A DNA stretch of 63,454 bases, the filler included, from Collodictyon triciliatum (Eukaryota): assembly GCA_043381765.1 (NCBI GenBank). It is 10 parts of 10 records of this genome, joined end to end, with 100 filler letters (N's around TTAATTAATTAA, not from the genome) between each part and the next. Parts side by side here need not be neighbours in the genome. Positions count along the whole stretch, not along the records: positions 6,930 to 13,760 come from JBHJMP010004215.1; positions 13,861 to 20,690 come from JBHJMP010004216.1; positions 20,791 to 27,618 come from JBHJMP010004219.1; 7 more parts are not named here. One strand, 5' to 3'. Made by a program: the position numbers and the translations under genes. Shown one piece after another: positions 12,303 to 25,100 of this stretch. The notes under the pieces were generated by a model that was not told the DNA's origin, did no database searches, and saw only the letters and a program-made list of their open reading frames with translations. Each line of letters starts with the position of its first letter. Position 1 is the first letter of the stretch.

Positions 12303-13619
12303 AATAATAAAGCAAAACCACGGGAAGGTGATCAAAAATCGTTGAAAAAATAATGATAAGCTATCACACCTCAAAAAGCCACACTTCTTCCATACTCTGG
12401 ATACGAAATCCGTGCAAACTGTTTTCAACCTATTGATAGAACACAAAGAATTGTCATTTTGGCGTGTCCATGGTGTATTGTTGCTGCGTATGTGTATGCA
12501 TGAATAAATAGCTTAAATATTTCATTCCCAAGATAAGTGTTGATTATTCAAACCTCGTTGGCTTTTACATCCAGCGGAAAAAGGAACAAAGAACGCTCTA
12601 ATCCATCAATAAATGCAGTCAATTCTAACCTATTTTCCTGAAAGAAGTGTATTTCGATAATCATATGATGAGAAACATATCGTCTGAGTTGCTTTTTTTT
12701 TTAAAAAAATAAATAATCTAACAGCCCCGAACCTCTTTTTTCTTGAGATAGAGGAGATTGCAATCGTAAAATGTCCTGTCTTGTTTTCGCAGACTTGAAA
12801 GTCGTAGTTTCCCCTTATACAGCAACGCTTTCTCAACCCGGTCATTTGACAAGAAGAGTCCCTCCTATGAAATAATTTAATAAATCGTCATCAAATAATA
12901 AGAAAAATAGAAAACAAAGAAGGAAGAACATGAAAAAGAGGGCATTGTAACAAAAAACCACAGCAAATAATTTACATACCACAGATGCGAATATGTTTTT
13001 AAGGCTCGAGCTCGACATTGTCTTTGGTATCGAGGAGTTGATGCTTGTGTGTTGAGAAAAGGAGGCTGTTGTTTGCGATTGTTGAGGCGGAGTGCTTCTA
13101 GTGATAGGGACTGGAGGACCGAATAGAACTGGCGCTGCCTGAAACAAAATGAAAGAAAATCAATATTTCAATCATGTCAGAAAATATGATAGTCAATCAA
13201 AATAAAACAAAACAGAAGAGAAATGCTAATGGCCGATTGAAGAAAGTCAAATATATCAGTATCAAATACTTCTTCGCCTATGGAGTTGCCCGATCGACCA
13301 GTCGTTCCAAAAAACTTGGAAACAGCTTCGCGTTGCTCATCATTTTCTTCTGCAATGGAAGCTGCCGCAATGTCGTTTAACTTTTTGGATAGTAACACGT
13401 GGCTCTCATCTAGTTTTGTGGCTGTCTGATGATGATCTTCTTTTGATTGCTCTGCGAATGGCTCGAGTGTATGTATTTTAGGGGAGCCCGACAATGTTGT
13501 TCGATTAATACTGCAGAGAATGTGATAGAGAAAGGTTTGTTTGAGTTGATTATTCACGTGACTTGATGAGGTTCCTGAGCGTGGTTTTGACGTGGTTATG
13601 TGTATACCGGAAGATTAAC
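7229..13619 (-). CDS. Multi-exon soluble-AC (ADCY10)/Dictyostelium sGC-type nucleotidyl cyclase: two PH-like domains, two cyclase domains, STAND/AAA P-loop (partial at both ends)
   Basis: Spliced exons give SVIFADISGFTPLSERL, GGDIIK|FAGDALL, LHIGIGAG, IRQFMM|DDKGSVLVSVFGLPP, RREYAVVGDVVNLAARLM, Walker A GDAGMGKT and Walker B LIIMDNVQW. PH C-terminal helices AISHDERYIWMKAF and SESESIAQAWVEAL lie upstream. Confidence 0.9.
12204..12300. repeat. Intronic (AAAT)n microsatellite
   Basis: Perfect tandem repeat visible in the sequence; it generates the spurious FIYL ORFs. Confidence 0.95.
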
Positions 13620-13685
13620 CTGGCAATTTGAAAAGTATAATAATAAAGAGAGAAAGAAAGAGAGAAAGAGAGAGAGAAAGAGAGA

Positions 13686-13760
<75 letters not shown>

Positions 13761-14870
13761 NNNNNNNNNNNNNNNNNNNNNNNNNNNNNNNNNNNNNNNN
13801 NNNNTTAATTAATTAANNNNNNNNNNNNNNNNNNNNNNNNNNNNNNNNNNNNNNNNNNNNATAATAGGAATAATAGGAATAATAGGAATAATAGGAATAA
13901 TAGGAATAATAGGAATAATAGGAATAATAGGAATAATAGGAATAATAGGAATAATAGGAATAGGGTGCGTGGACATAGGGTTGTATCAAACTATTTATAA
14001 TTTTTATTACATACCGAATGACGTTTCGAATCCCCACGACAAAAAAAATAATCATAGCCATCAAATGCCTTAATTGGTCATCATGAAGTACCAGCTAAGA
14101 GGCGGGATTGCTGTGTTCACTCGCAACAAAACCATGTAGCAGGTTTTTGAACCTCTGAAATGACTGTGTCGAAGATGGGGGGTTGGTATCGCGGTAAATA
14201 TTCTCAATGGAGCCCATCATCCTCCGTGAATGCACTGATGCCATTCAACCTTTGTGTCCTAGAAATTAAACGCATACCCTAATATTTGGTCTGAGGACTC
14301 ACGAATCAAAACTATGTGAGCTCTTGTATACGTGACAAGTAAAGAGCGGCTGGTGCTGACCTGTCCATTTTCTATCCCTCCTAAGATGTGGAATGGCCTG
14401 ATTTTTCTGAAAGGCGCAAGCGAGTGTTATTTAAATCAACTGGGAGGTGTTTGTAACATGAAGAATAACTGCGGGGTACATTTTTGCTTCAGATTTCTCA
14501 ATCGCGAAAGCCCCAGCGAAAGAACAAAGACCGCACGAAATTGCGGGAAGGCACCACGTCTCCTTAGGAGCTCATATGTGTCCTACTGGCCTCTCATGTC
14601 TTATCAAAATGCTTTATTTCTGGATTACATTAAGCATATCTTCCTACATGAGTAGTATTGGTATGTTATTGTTTATCGCTGCCAGAATGCACACTCCGTA
14701 CTTACACCTTTCTCGACACTAGCACATCTTCTCATAATTTGGCTTATGAGTGCTCACCGTGATAGGAATCATGTGCCTTGTGCTCATAGTACCAACTGAC
14801 TGGTGATACATTTATACGCTTGTAAATCTTTCTTTTATCTATATCTTTTCGCAAAATTCCTATACAACGC

Positions 14871-14927
<57 letters not shown>

Positions 14928-15093
14928 TCTCTTTCTCTTTCTCTTTCTCTCTCTCTCACATTTCCTTTGTCGAATTGTTCTGATTTTCTGGGTTGTTTCT
15001 TTTCTTCTCTCTCGTGTTGATTTGGAATGAGTCGATGGTCGGTGGTCGATGGTCGACTTTGCCACTATATGTGACCCTTGCGTTGCATCTGTA

Positions 15094-16578
15094 TTACATC
15101 GCAATCACGCAGCTGCGATTGGATGAGACAAGCAGCCTCCCCTCGGTATCGAATGTGGCGACTCGGAACCCATTAACTTTGGTCTCTGAGACCAGCTTGC
15201 CTTGCGAAGTGTAGAATCGTACCATTCCAGTGTCACAATCACAAACAAGAAATCCGTTTTCTGGACCCCGTGAAATAAAATTCCAGCATTTCACTCTGTT
15301 TACACTATAATCAGTAATATGCTCTCCGTCTAAAGTGTACACTCTTACGTACGCGCCTGAATTTTCGATTGATAGGAGTCGTTCGTTGTCATCGACACAT
15401 ATACCGTCCACACCACCAGCAGGATGGCTTGATTTCGGGTCCCCGATAAACTTGATAAAGTCTCCCTTGATATTGTACTTGTGAATTCTACGGTTTTCAA
15501 AATCAGAGACATAAAAGTTATTGTAAGAGTCGAACGTGACAAACTGCGGCATACGAAATTGCTTCGCTCCTGTCCCCGTTCCTCCGAAAGACTGCACATA
15601 CACTCCTTCCGATGTCAATATAACTACTCGGTTATTTTGAGAGTCGGCAACAACCACATACTCTCCACACGCTGATACTGCTATTCCGTGAGGTCCCCGG
15701 AACGCAGGTGAGTTTTCGCCTCTTCCGTCGAATTTGTTCACAAGCTTTCCTTCTTTGCAAAACACATAGCACATATTGTGCTCGTATCCCAGAATGTATA
15801 TTCTCCCGCTAAGCGGGTGTACAGCTATACCGTGTGGCGACCGGATGCCCGAGGGTGGAATGCTGATTCCAATCAGCTCCTGTTTTGACAGAGCCAGCGG
15901 TAGCTTTCTTCGAATCTCAAACCGAGGCTGAAATGCATACACATAGCTGCTCAAGAAGCTATATAGTCTAGAGTGGCTGCCTGCTTCATCTAGTCCGCAC
16001 TCGTCCAGTAAGTCGTTTGGTATTTGGAATCGTATTGCACAAGGCGGAAAGAGATGAATGTCTGACATGTCTATAGCTTCGATATTGAAGAGTCGCTTAG
16101 CTTTGTTGTAGGAAACAATGTGGCTAGCTCGTGTGGACGTGTAACGAGTCTTGACAGCAGTCGCTACATGCCACATCTTGATGGAAAGCGAGGTCTCTGC
16201 TATGGAGTATGGCTTTTCCAGCGCTTGGCTGATGGAAGTCACCTAGTATCATCCACACATGACACGAAAATCAGTGCGTGTATTTTTTTGAATGGAATAC
16301 ATGTATCTATTTGATGTGAATGCTGCCACATCTAGCTGAATATCGCATGGGAATAAGCGTATCCATGAGGTTTGGAGTTGTGCGAAGAGAGAAGAGGATA
16401 GAGCGTGGCGTAGAATCAATGAGTGATGCCGAAGCAAACGAATGAGCAGGGTATATGCAAGTAAAAGTTTGGTGGGAGAATGAAAAAGCACTTGTTTGGT
16501 GGCAGCGTACAGGCCTTGGTCGAGGTCGCTGGTGATTCTGTGGAAGCGACTGCGTATGTGGGAGTCTAGCAGCTCCAT
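15094..16578 (-). CDS. NHL-repeat beta-propeller protein
   Basis: Large exon 15094..16242 with NHL motifs (SPHGIAVHP, FRGPHGIAVSACGEYVVVADSQNNRV, QFRMPQFVTFDSYNNFYVSDFENRRI) preceded by an AG acceptor. Probable first exon starts at ATG 16578. Confidence 0.85.
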
Positions 16579-17496
16579 CGTGTCGGAGAACTGGGATAGG
16601 ATGGGGATGTGTCCAGGCGAAGTATTGCAAAGTCAGGCATGTATAGGGCGGGGCAATAAAAAGGAGAGGGAAGCAGAGGGAGGGGTAGGACAAAGACAGG
16701 GAAGAGAATGAGAGGAAAAGGAGGCTGGCAACATGCATAGAACCTGCTCTGAGAGGTCTTCGAAGGCAGATCGTTTGCGGGCAGCTTGCAGAATACAGTT
16801 TTCCATGAGAAGCGCCTGGCTACAACTCAGTTATGAATCTCACTTGTTCCTCGTTGCCTGGTCCGCAGCGCTTTGGCATTTATGTTTTCTATGGCTGGGG
16901 AAGAAAATGCTATGTGTTCGCGCGAGGCAGACACAAAAGCCTGGTCCGAGCTTCTTGTCTCGGTCTGAGAAGCTGCATATCAATAAATGCCTACCAGTGC
17001 GGCTGTTTGTTTCTGTAAAGAAGTAGTGTTGTAGCTATAAAGCCGCCACGGCATGTGCAATCAAGGGGAGGGCTTTAGGTTGTCTTCTCTTGTGTTTTGT
17101 TTTGTCTTGGCTGCATAATGAAAACAGAATAATGCAGCATCCACTTTCTGCTGGAGTTAAACGATGGATAATTGTAAACCTAGAGAATCGCTTTCGAATA
17201 ATTATAGACGTAGAAAACTCACTCGTTTTCATTGGTGTGACTGCGATTACAAAAGGATAGCAGTGAGGTTACTTGTATGTTAAAAGCAAGATTCTATGGC
17301 CTTTTGCGAGTTTACAAAGAATGCTTCACGTGGATTATAACTATTCGTATTCACATAAATTAGATTTTTTTATGTTAATAATGTGCATTCGTGCTGCATC
17401 CGCGCATGTTCAATCTCCAGCTGACGCTCTTTCCTTCGGTTGATATTTTATTGTAGAAGAGAGAATAAACGTGTTTCATCGGTTTGATATCAAAAC

Positions 17497-18425
17497 TCAG
17501 AGCTTCGATGTGATTTTTCCTTCTTCAGTTTCAAAGCTTGAAGCCAACCCAGCTTCCTTCCTTTCTCTTTCAATCCGGTAGAGTGCTCGCTCGTATACAT
17601 AAGGGAGATGGTGCTGGAACATGTTTTTCGAAAAGACAATCTCATGAAATAGTTGCGCATCAACTTCCCAAATACGAAGCCTGTCATCTTTTTTGTCCAG
17701 CATCATACTCTCCTCAGGGGCTCTCTCGAACGTTTCCTTACTCATCCACAGAATGCGCCCAACCGGATACAACTTCTCTTCTTTCATTCGTTTTCGGCAA
17801 AGCCTTAACGTATTTTCACATTTCCTTGCGAATGCTCTGTAGTCCCTCAAACCTGGGAAAACATAAAGTATTCATTAGGATTTCCAGGTAAATCAATAAC
17901 AGCTTCAAACCGCTGAATTTGATGTATGATTGGGTTATTTCTTGTGCTTATGACTATAGCGGGGCATGGTCTGTACGATTGCTCTCTTTCTAACCTATAG
18001 ATTTGTGTGAGCCGATAGATTCCAAGATTATCCCTTCAGAGAGTCCCGTATTGGATGCGAAATATTTTATCGCTTTCAACAAATCCTAATAGAATGTGGT
18101 GGTTTACTAAAAACTTTAAAGAAAAACTATATAGAAATGGAGAAAAGGCCAACAAATTATGATGAAACAGAGCTAGAGACTTACAATAACAGAACCAAGA
18201 GAAAGTCGCGAGACAAAATCATAACCACGGATAATAGATGTGACATACCTGCTCATATACATGTTAAATGCCAATGATTATTTGAGCCAAAGTAATAAAT
18301 TGGAGTGGGGGCCATTTTTTATTTTGGATTATCTTATTTAAAATAGTAAATATATAGTCCAGTATTTGTTTAAGCGATGTATAGGTCGTAGCCATGCAGG
18401 ATTGGATGTGTTATCGAACAACACC

Positions 18426-18492
<67 letters not shown>

Positions 18493-20603
18493 TAGTGAAT
18501 TGAATGGACGTGGAGTGAAACAAATGTCTTTGTATAATTCCAGGAGTAACAATAAATCAGTTGGGTATCTGTCACCTGCGCGAATGCACACTCAGCTCGT
18601 AACTCATCACGCACGGACACCCAAACGCAAGACATTGAATATCTGGAAAACGAGTGTGCCATATCATCGTGATGATTGATGCTACTGCTGCACCGAGACT
18701 GTGTCCAACCACCTTTAGTTTGTATCTAAATGAAGAAAAATGAAGAAAAATGAAGAAAAATGAAGAAAAAATGAAAAAAAATGAAAAAAATGAAAAAAAT
18801 TAAAAAGAAGAAAAAAGAAGAAAAAAGAAGAAAAAAGAAGAAAAAAGAAGAAAAAAGAAGAAAAAAGAAGAAAAAAGAAGAAAAAAGAAGAAAAAAGAAG
18901 AAAAAAGAAGAAACGTATTAACGTAGGAATAAATTTACGATGCGCCGTTCAACCACTCTTCATTAAAATAAAAATAAAAAAGTTAGTATAATAAAAATAT
19001 CACATTTTATTTTTGAAAATTAACTGACTACTTATGGCTTATATAAACAATAGATAAAATATAGAGGAATAGCACAGAGAAGCGAACCCTGCGTGCATCT
19101 GAAGTGCTTTATCAATAATGTCGACCAACTCTTCTCCCAATTTCTGTGCACTTTTAAACATACCTTCATGCACCTGTCCTCGAATACCTTATCGCATGTA
19201 TAATGCCAAAATTAGATCAGTGTATTCTGTATAATATAATAAGATACTCGCGCGGTTTGCTTGCTTTCTCATACCACCAATATAGAAGTCGACTGATTTA
19301 CAAAACAGGTCTGTCATTAAATCATGAATGCTTGCTGTCCCCCGAATCAGGAGTAGGACGACCTGTCAATAGTTTGAGCAGTGGCTTATTATCATTATTA
19401 TTATCATTATGAAAGTAGCTTCGACCATCAAATGCGTAAAAATAAACGACGCAAGATATTCAGATATATTAAACTTAATGACATAACTTTCAGCAAATTC
19501 GACACCGCTTTTAAAAGCTAGTGATTTGAATAATGCCTGGACTTATAAAAGATTGCCTTATTTTTTCTATCAACGATGATATAGTGCAGCGGGCTGAAGA
19601 AGTCACTAGATTCACCGTTGTGGATGATGTCATCGGCATTGACTTTTGCGTAGTGTATCAAGGACTGATAATCGTCGAAGTTACTGCAGGTAATATTGAA
19701 TGTAAGCAAAAATTCTGATAATCCCATCACACAAGTGACCTTGACCTTCGTCTTGTATGTGCTTATTCTTTCAACTATAAAGGCCCATATGTGAGTTCAT
19801 AACTTACGCCATTTCCTTGTCTTTAGGGCCTCTGCTTAAGTAAACTGCAGTCTTTTGATCAGATGGAGGTGCCCTAGAAGATGAAAATTCAATTCATTTT
19901 TTTGACTAAAACATTATTTTCAAACTTTTTTTTATATGGATGTCCGGGTACAATCGGTTTTTTCTTTTTCTTTTTCGATTTCTTATGCTGCGATATTACA
20001 CTTATATGAGTATCAATTAGTAAAATGTTCTAGCAAGCAAACTTTTTTTGATGGAGTTTTCTCAGCGCTTGCATCATGACACCGTAGGAACCGGTGGTGA
20101 ATCGTGCATAATAGCTTATTTGCTGGATTAAATCCTGTGCGGGATGTACGTGATTTAGATACATTTAAAAGGAGTCATAGTATAATCTATACGACATAAC
20201 ATCCAAAAATGAATGGCGGATAGCTATTAAATACAGTAGAGAGAAGACCGAAGAAGAAGAGAAAAGTAGCATAATGATATATTACGCGACATGCATGTGG
20301 CTGATTGTGAATTACCTTATCTTCGGTTGTTATGCTAGCAAGAACGTCCCTATGCACGAATGGTTCTGTAAATCGACGTTGGTTTCGTGCAACTTTTTGG
20401 CAAATACTATACGCAATCAACGCCCGCAAAAGGAGAGGCGGACTCATAGATAGAAGACCGGTCATATTATACAGACCAAATCGCTCTTGTACCTCTGACA
20501 GCAAAACATAAAATATGGACACAGCCTCGTATATTGGGGAATTAACAACCGCGTCTTTTGCTGCGAATAGTCTGCTGAGCGTTGCATCTTTTGTCTTTTC
20601 CAG
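17497..20603 (-). CDS. Class-3 (DAG-lipase-like) lipase, multi-exon, 5' partial
   Basis: Spliced motifs VVLLLIRGTASIHDLMTDL, GQVHEGMFKSAQ, nucleophile elbow VVGHSLGAAVA, AFGCP, YDFVSRLS, LYPVGRI and MFQHHLPYVY. Confidence 0.88.
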
Positions 20604-20659
20604 CTTTGCATTTTAAGAGTGAGTGGGTCACTTTAAGATACTGATTCAGAGTCAATCAC

Positions 20660-20690
<31 letters not shown>

Positions 20691-22136
20691 NNNNNNNNNN
20701 NNNNNNNNNNNNNNNNNNNNNNNNNNNNNNNNNNTTAATTAATTAANNNNNNNNNNNNNNNNNNNNNNNNNNNNNNNNNNNNNNNNNNNNCATAATAACA
20801 ACATAATAACAACATAATAACAACATAATAACAACATAATAACAACATAATAACAACATAATAACAACATAATAACAACATAATAACAATAAATAACAAT
20901 AAATAACAATAAATAACAATAAATAACAATACATAACAATAAATAACAATAAATAACAATAAATAACAATAAATAACAATAAATAACAATAAATAACAAT
21001 AAATAACAATAAATAACAATAATAACAATAAAAATAAGAGGCATAAATCAGGGGCTTGAAGTACACAGCCACACCTCAAGACTCTTGGACAAGCGCTGAC
21101 TCGTTTATTTCTCGGTAACTTCGGTCATTTAAAACCAGCCTCCATTCCTAGAGGATTGGTAACTTCAGAGCACCTATATCCACGACCTCCTTATTTTTTT
21201 CTATAAAAAGGTGGAAACTCACACCGATATAATACCACAGACAAGTTGGCACTGTTTATGTTACTAGTCACAATGCAGGGCAGTAGTTTTGTCTTGTCGA
21301 TTTTTTTTGTAAAAGAAGCCTTTTCAGATGAACCCAGACAGGTACTTGAATTACAAACCATCACGTTTGGCTTCTAGAACAGGGGTCGTTCGTGATAAGA
21401 AAGCTGAGGCGAGATTGGTCCTCATTGCCACGGAGGTAAAAGACGCTTGAATAATCGCAAGACAAATGGAATGCCGGACAGAGTACGCGTGACTCACTAG
21501 CCAGTATCTAACCACCCGTCAGTAAAACATATACCTTTGGGACAGCGCCTAGTCTCCCATGACTCCGAAATAGTATGCACAGGCACAACGGCGATATGCT
21601 GTGGTCTGTGTGGAGTATGCCTGTATTATCTCAACACAAAGACCGAGCTGAAAGACAGATTCACTCCATTTGGATAGGAAAGTGTTACCCGAAGCAGCAT
21701 CTTCAAAAGTTATGGGAAAAAAAAAAACAACACATCCATTCTTTGCTATTTCGACAGCGACCGAGACGCACGAGAAAGTGTCGTAAGATATATCCCACCA
21801 CATTTTCAGCCTCTGCTACGCGCAATCAATCGCTCATTCACTCGAGTCGCCTTTTTAGGCCACTAGTATTTTAATATTTTCCTTGTGATAGTATCGTCTC
21901 CCTGCAAAACTCTTCATCGTTATAGGTCATTTCCCTGATGTGCTCTCTTACCTTTTGCCTGTCTTTTGCCTCAGTTTAGCCCATGACCAATAAATTCGGC
22001 ATCTTGGTTTTGTCAGGGGATATTTATTGAGTAATTCTTTTTCTTCTCGTGTAGCGGTGTAAGGAGCAATCAGATTATAGAATTATTTTAAGTATCAAAA
22101 GAAACTTTACAAATAGATGCAGTGAGCAGGGATATA

Positions 22137-25100
22137 TTACTTAATATCGAGAACAGAGACACCACCAAATGAAGGATTTGATATGATGTCTAGGATGCGA
22201 TATGCTGTTGGGTCATCCTGATGGCATACATAATGACGAAGTCGGTCGATTGCCAGTGCCCTGTTTTCTTCACTTTTGGAAGCAAGGTCTTGGACATCTT
22301 CGAGTACTTGCTTTCTTTTTTCCAGGAATTTTTTTTGAGCCTGGGTCATGTTGTTATCCACGGGGCTCATCACTTCGAAAACTTTAAGTGGCATTGTCCT
22401 ACACATAAATGAACAAAGTATAATAGGTACGATTTCGTTTATGAGGTGTACTTATATACAACACAATTTGGGTCGAACTACCTTCCTTTTACAATGACGG
22501 TCTCTAGAGGTCTACAAATGAAAAGCTCTTTAACTCGATTGTATGTTTCATCGCTTACTATAATTTCAGTGTCATATCGCTTGTTGAGTCCTTCCAACCT
22601 AGTGACATTATTAATTGAGTGAGAAGAAAGTCAGGGAAAATAAAAAAAATAAAGGAAATGGGAAAAAAAAATGAAGGAACAAATAGTAAATAGCAAATAA
22701 CAAATGACCAGTAACAAATAGGAAAAAAGGAAAAGAAAAAGGAAAAGAAAAAGGAAAAGAAAAAGGAAAAGAAAAAGGAAAAGAAAAAGGAAAAGAAAAA
22801 GGAAAAGAAAAAGGAAAAGGAAAAGAAAAAGAAAAAGGAAAAGGAAAAGAAAAAGGAAAAGAAAAAGGAAAAGGAAAAGAAAAAGGAAAAGAAAAAGAAA
22901 AAGGAAAAGAAAAAGGAAAAGGAAAAGAAAAAGGAAAAGAAAAAGGAAAAGGAAAAGAAAAAGGAAAAAGAAAAAGGAAAAAGAAAAAGGAAAAAGAAAA
23001 AGGAAAAAGAAAAAGGAAAAAGAAAAATAAGGAGAGGACTAGGAGAACCTGGATGCGAGGTTTACAGCATCACCCACGGCACCGTATTTCATACGACTCT
23101 TTGAGCCTATATTCCCGACAAGCACCTCCCCTGTATGAAGTCCTATTCGCATATGAAGTCCTTCGCGAATGTACCCTTTTGATATCCAATGAACATTGAG
23201 CTGACGGAGAGCTTCCTGTGACGTATTGGTATATTGTCAAAATATTTCCCACTATATTTATACCTCTGTTCAAATAAATTGTCAAATGACGTTCTATAAG
23301 GCTACTGAGGTGATTGAAAAGAGTTAATTGTACATAACAATTATTTGAAATATATTTTGGTATTGATATTGAAATGACTTGTTGCAAAAGAGCAGTTTTG
23401 ATAGCAAGTTCTTCATGATTTTGGACGGTGATGGGTGAATTCCAAAAGCACTAACAAAAAAATAATTTGTTAGTTACAATAAGGCAGACTTATTTCATTA
23501 TGTAGATTTAAGTCAGAAAATAAAGATGTATTATTCTATGACTATACAGCTGACAGAAGGACTGATTCCTCTTTTCAGGATTATATAACTTATTCGGATA
23601 TTATAGCCGCACCAGAGAAAATCAAACAAACAAAATAAATAAATATGGAAATTAAACCATTATCCCATCCCCAATGAAGTCACATATGACACCGTCCGAC
23701 TCAGAGACCAACGAGGTCATCATCTCGAGATATTCCGAAAGGATATTGAGGAGCACATCCATCGGTAAAGATTCCGCAAGTGTTGTGAATCCTTTCAAAT
23801 CTTAAGCCAAGTTGATTAATTTTCTTTTCAAGTAATTACCATATGTCTACTTTGGAGGGCGACATACATGAATATAAAGACGAATTCATAAAAAAAAAAA
23901 AACCCATAAAAATAGGGTTCATATTAATACATAAATCTGATTCAAAAATAGTTGCATTTGAAATGTATTCTCATAAGGATATTAATTGTGCCAGATAAAA
24001 CGATAAAAACTACACGATTTACTATTCAAACACAGCTATAAAATACCAGAAAACATGATGGTCAATGCTTTTCGTTCTACATATAGGCCATTTGCAAGGC
24101 TACTGTTGTTCATTATTCGCTTCACTACAGCCAAAGGAACAAATTTTCCAAAAGACTGAAGCGCTGTATCCATAACCTGAATGAATAAAAGAATAATAAT
24201 GTAAGAAAATGGGTTGAAACTGTTGTGGGATGAGTGACAGCATTTACAGGACGGTATAATGATAAAATTCTATATCTGGCTGGTTAAATTGGACATGAAA
24301 ATATGGCGTTGATTATAGTTAAACGAAACAAAAAGAAAAAGAAAATTGCCACTCGCTTGAAAAGAAGACTGAATCATGCGAATTTCCCGGAGATTGGATC
24401 TTGAATTATTCTTCGTGGTGTAATAAAGAAAATTATTTAAATGCTATCGTTTTACTTCAATCGGTCCAAATACTATTTAAAAAGGAGGATAATAAAGAAA
24501 ATGAACAACTTCGTGGAATTCACAGACAAACACAATACAACATAGTATTAAAGACAAACAGAGGGCAATTTATCAAAGTTCAATCTTGATATGTTCTGCA
24601 TAGCATCAGCGACGATATTCAACGGTCTATTTAAATAGCAAAATTATAAGTTCACCATACAAAATGCTTTTTTTTAACCGAATGTGTGATTGGGAAGCGA
24701 CGTACCGAGTAATATATGTTGAAACCATCAAGGTTATAAGAAGGGTTATAACGAACAAAGCTGCTGTCAGAGAAGATGAGAGGACAATCATGCTGTCAAC
24801 TTTGGAGAAAATGTCACTCCTTGGAATCAATATAACAACTGTCTAGATTTGTAACCGAAATAGATTATGAATAATTTACTTTAAATCGAAAATTTCTACA
24901 GAAAGGCTTTATGTCATGACGATGATTCGATGGTGACATTACCCATTCTATTCCTCCTCTAGGGTCTATTAAAGTTGAAGCAAACGTGAGGTACTCCTTG
25001 TCTCCCTGGTTGCTAGAAAAAGACTTAATGCCTGTGATTGGCTCCAGCTCTCCAATATTGTTTTTCTTCAAATTCTGATGAATAAAATTAGACTTAAAGT

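Noticed and set aside
21080-21900. Relatively GC-rich non-genic tract (similar at about 14060..14800), possibly a decayed transposon
   Set aside because: No recognisable domain, terminal repeat, TSD or second copy in the window.
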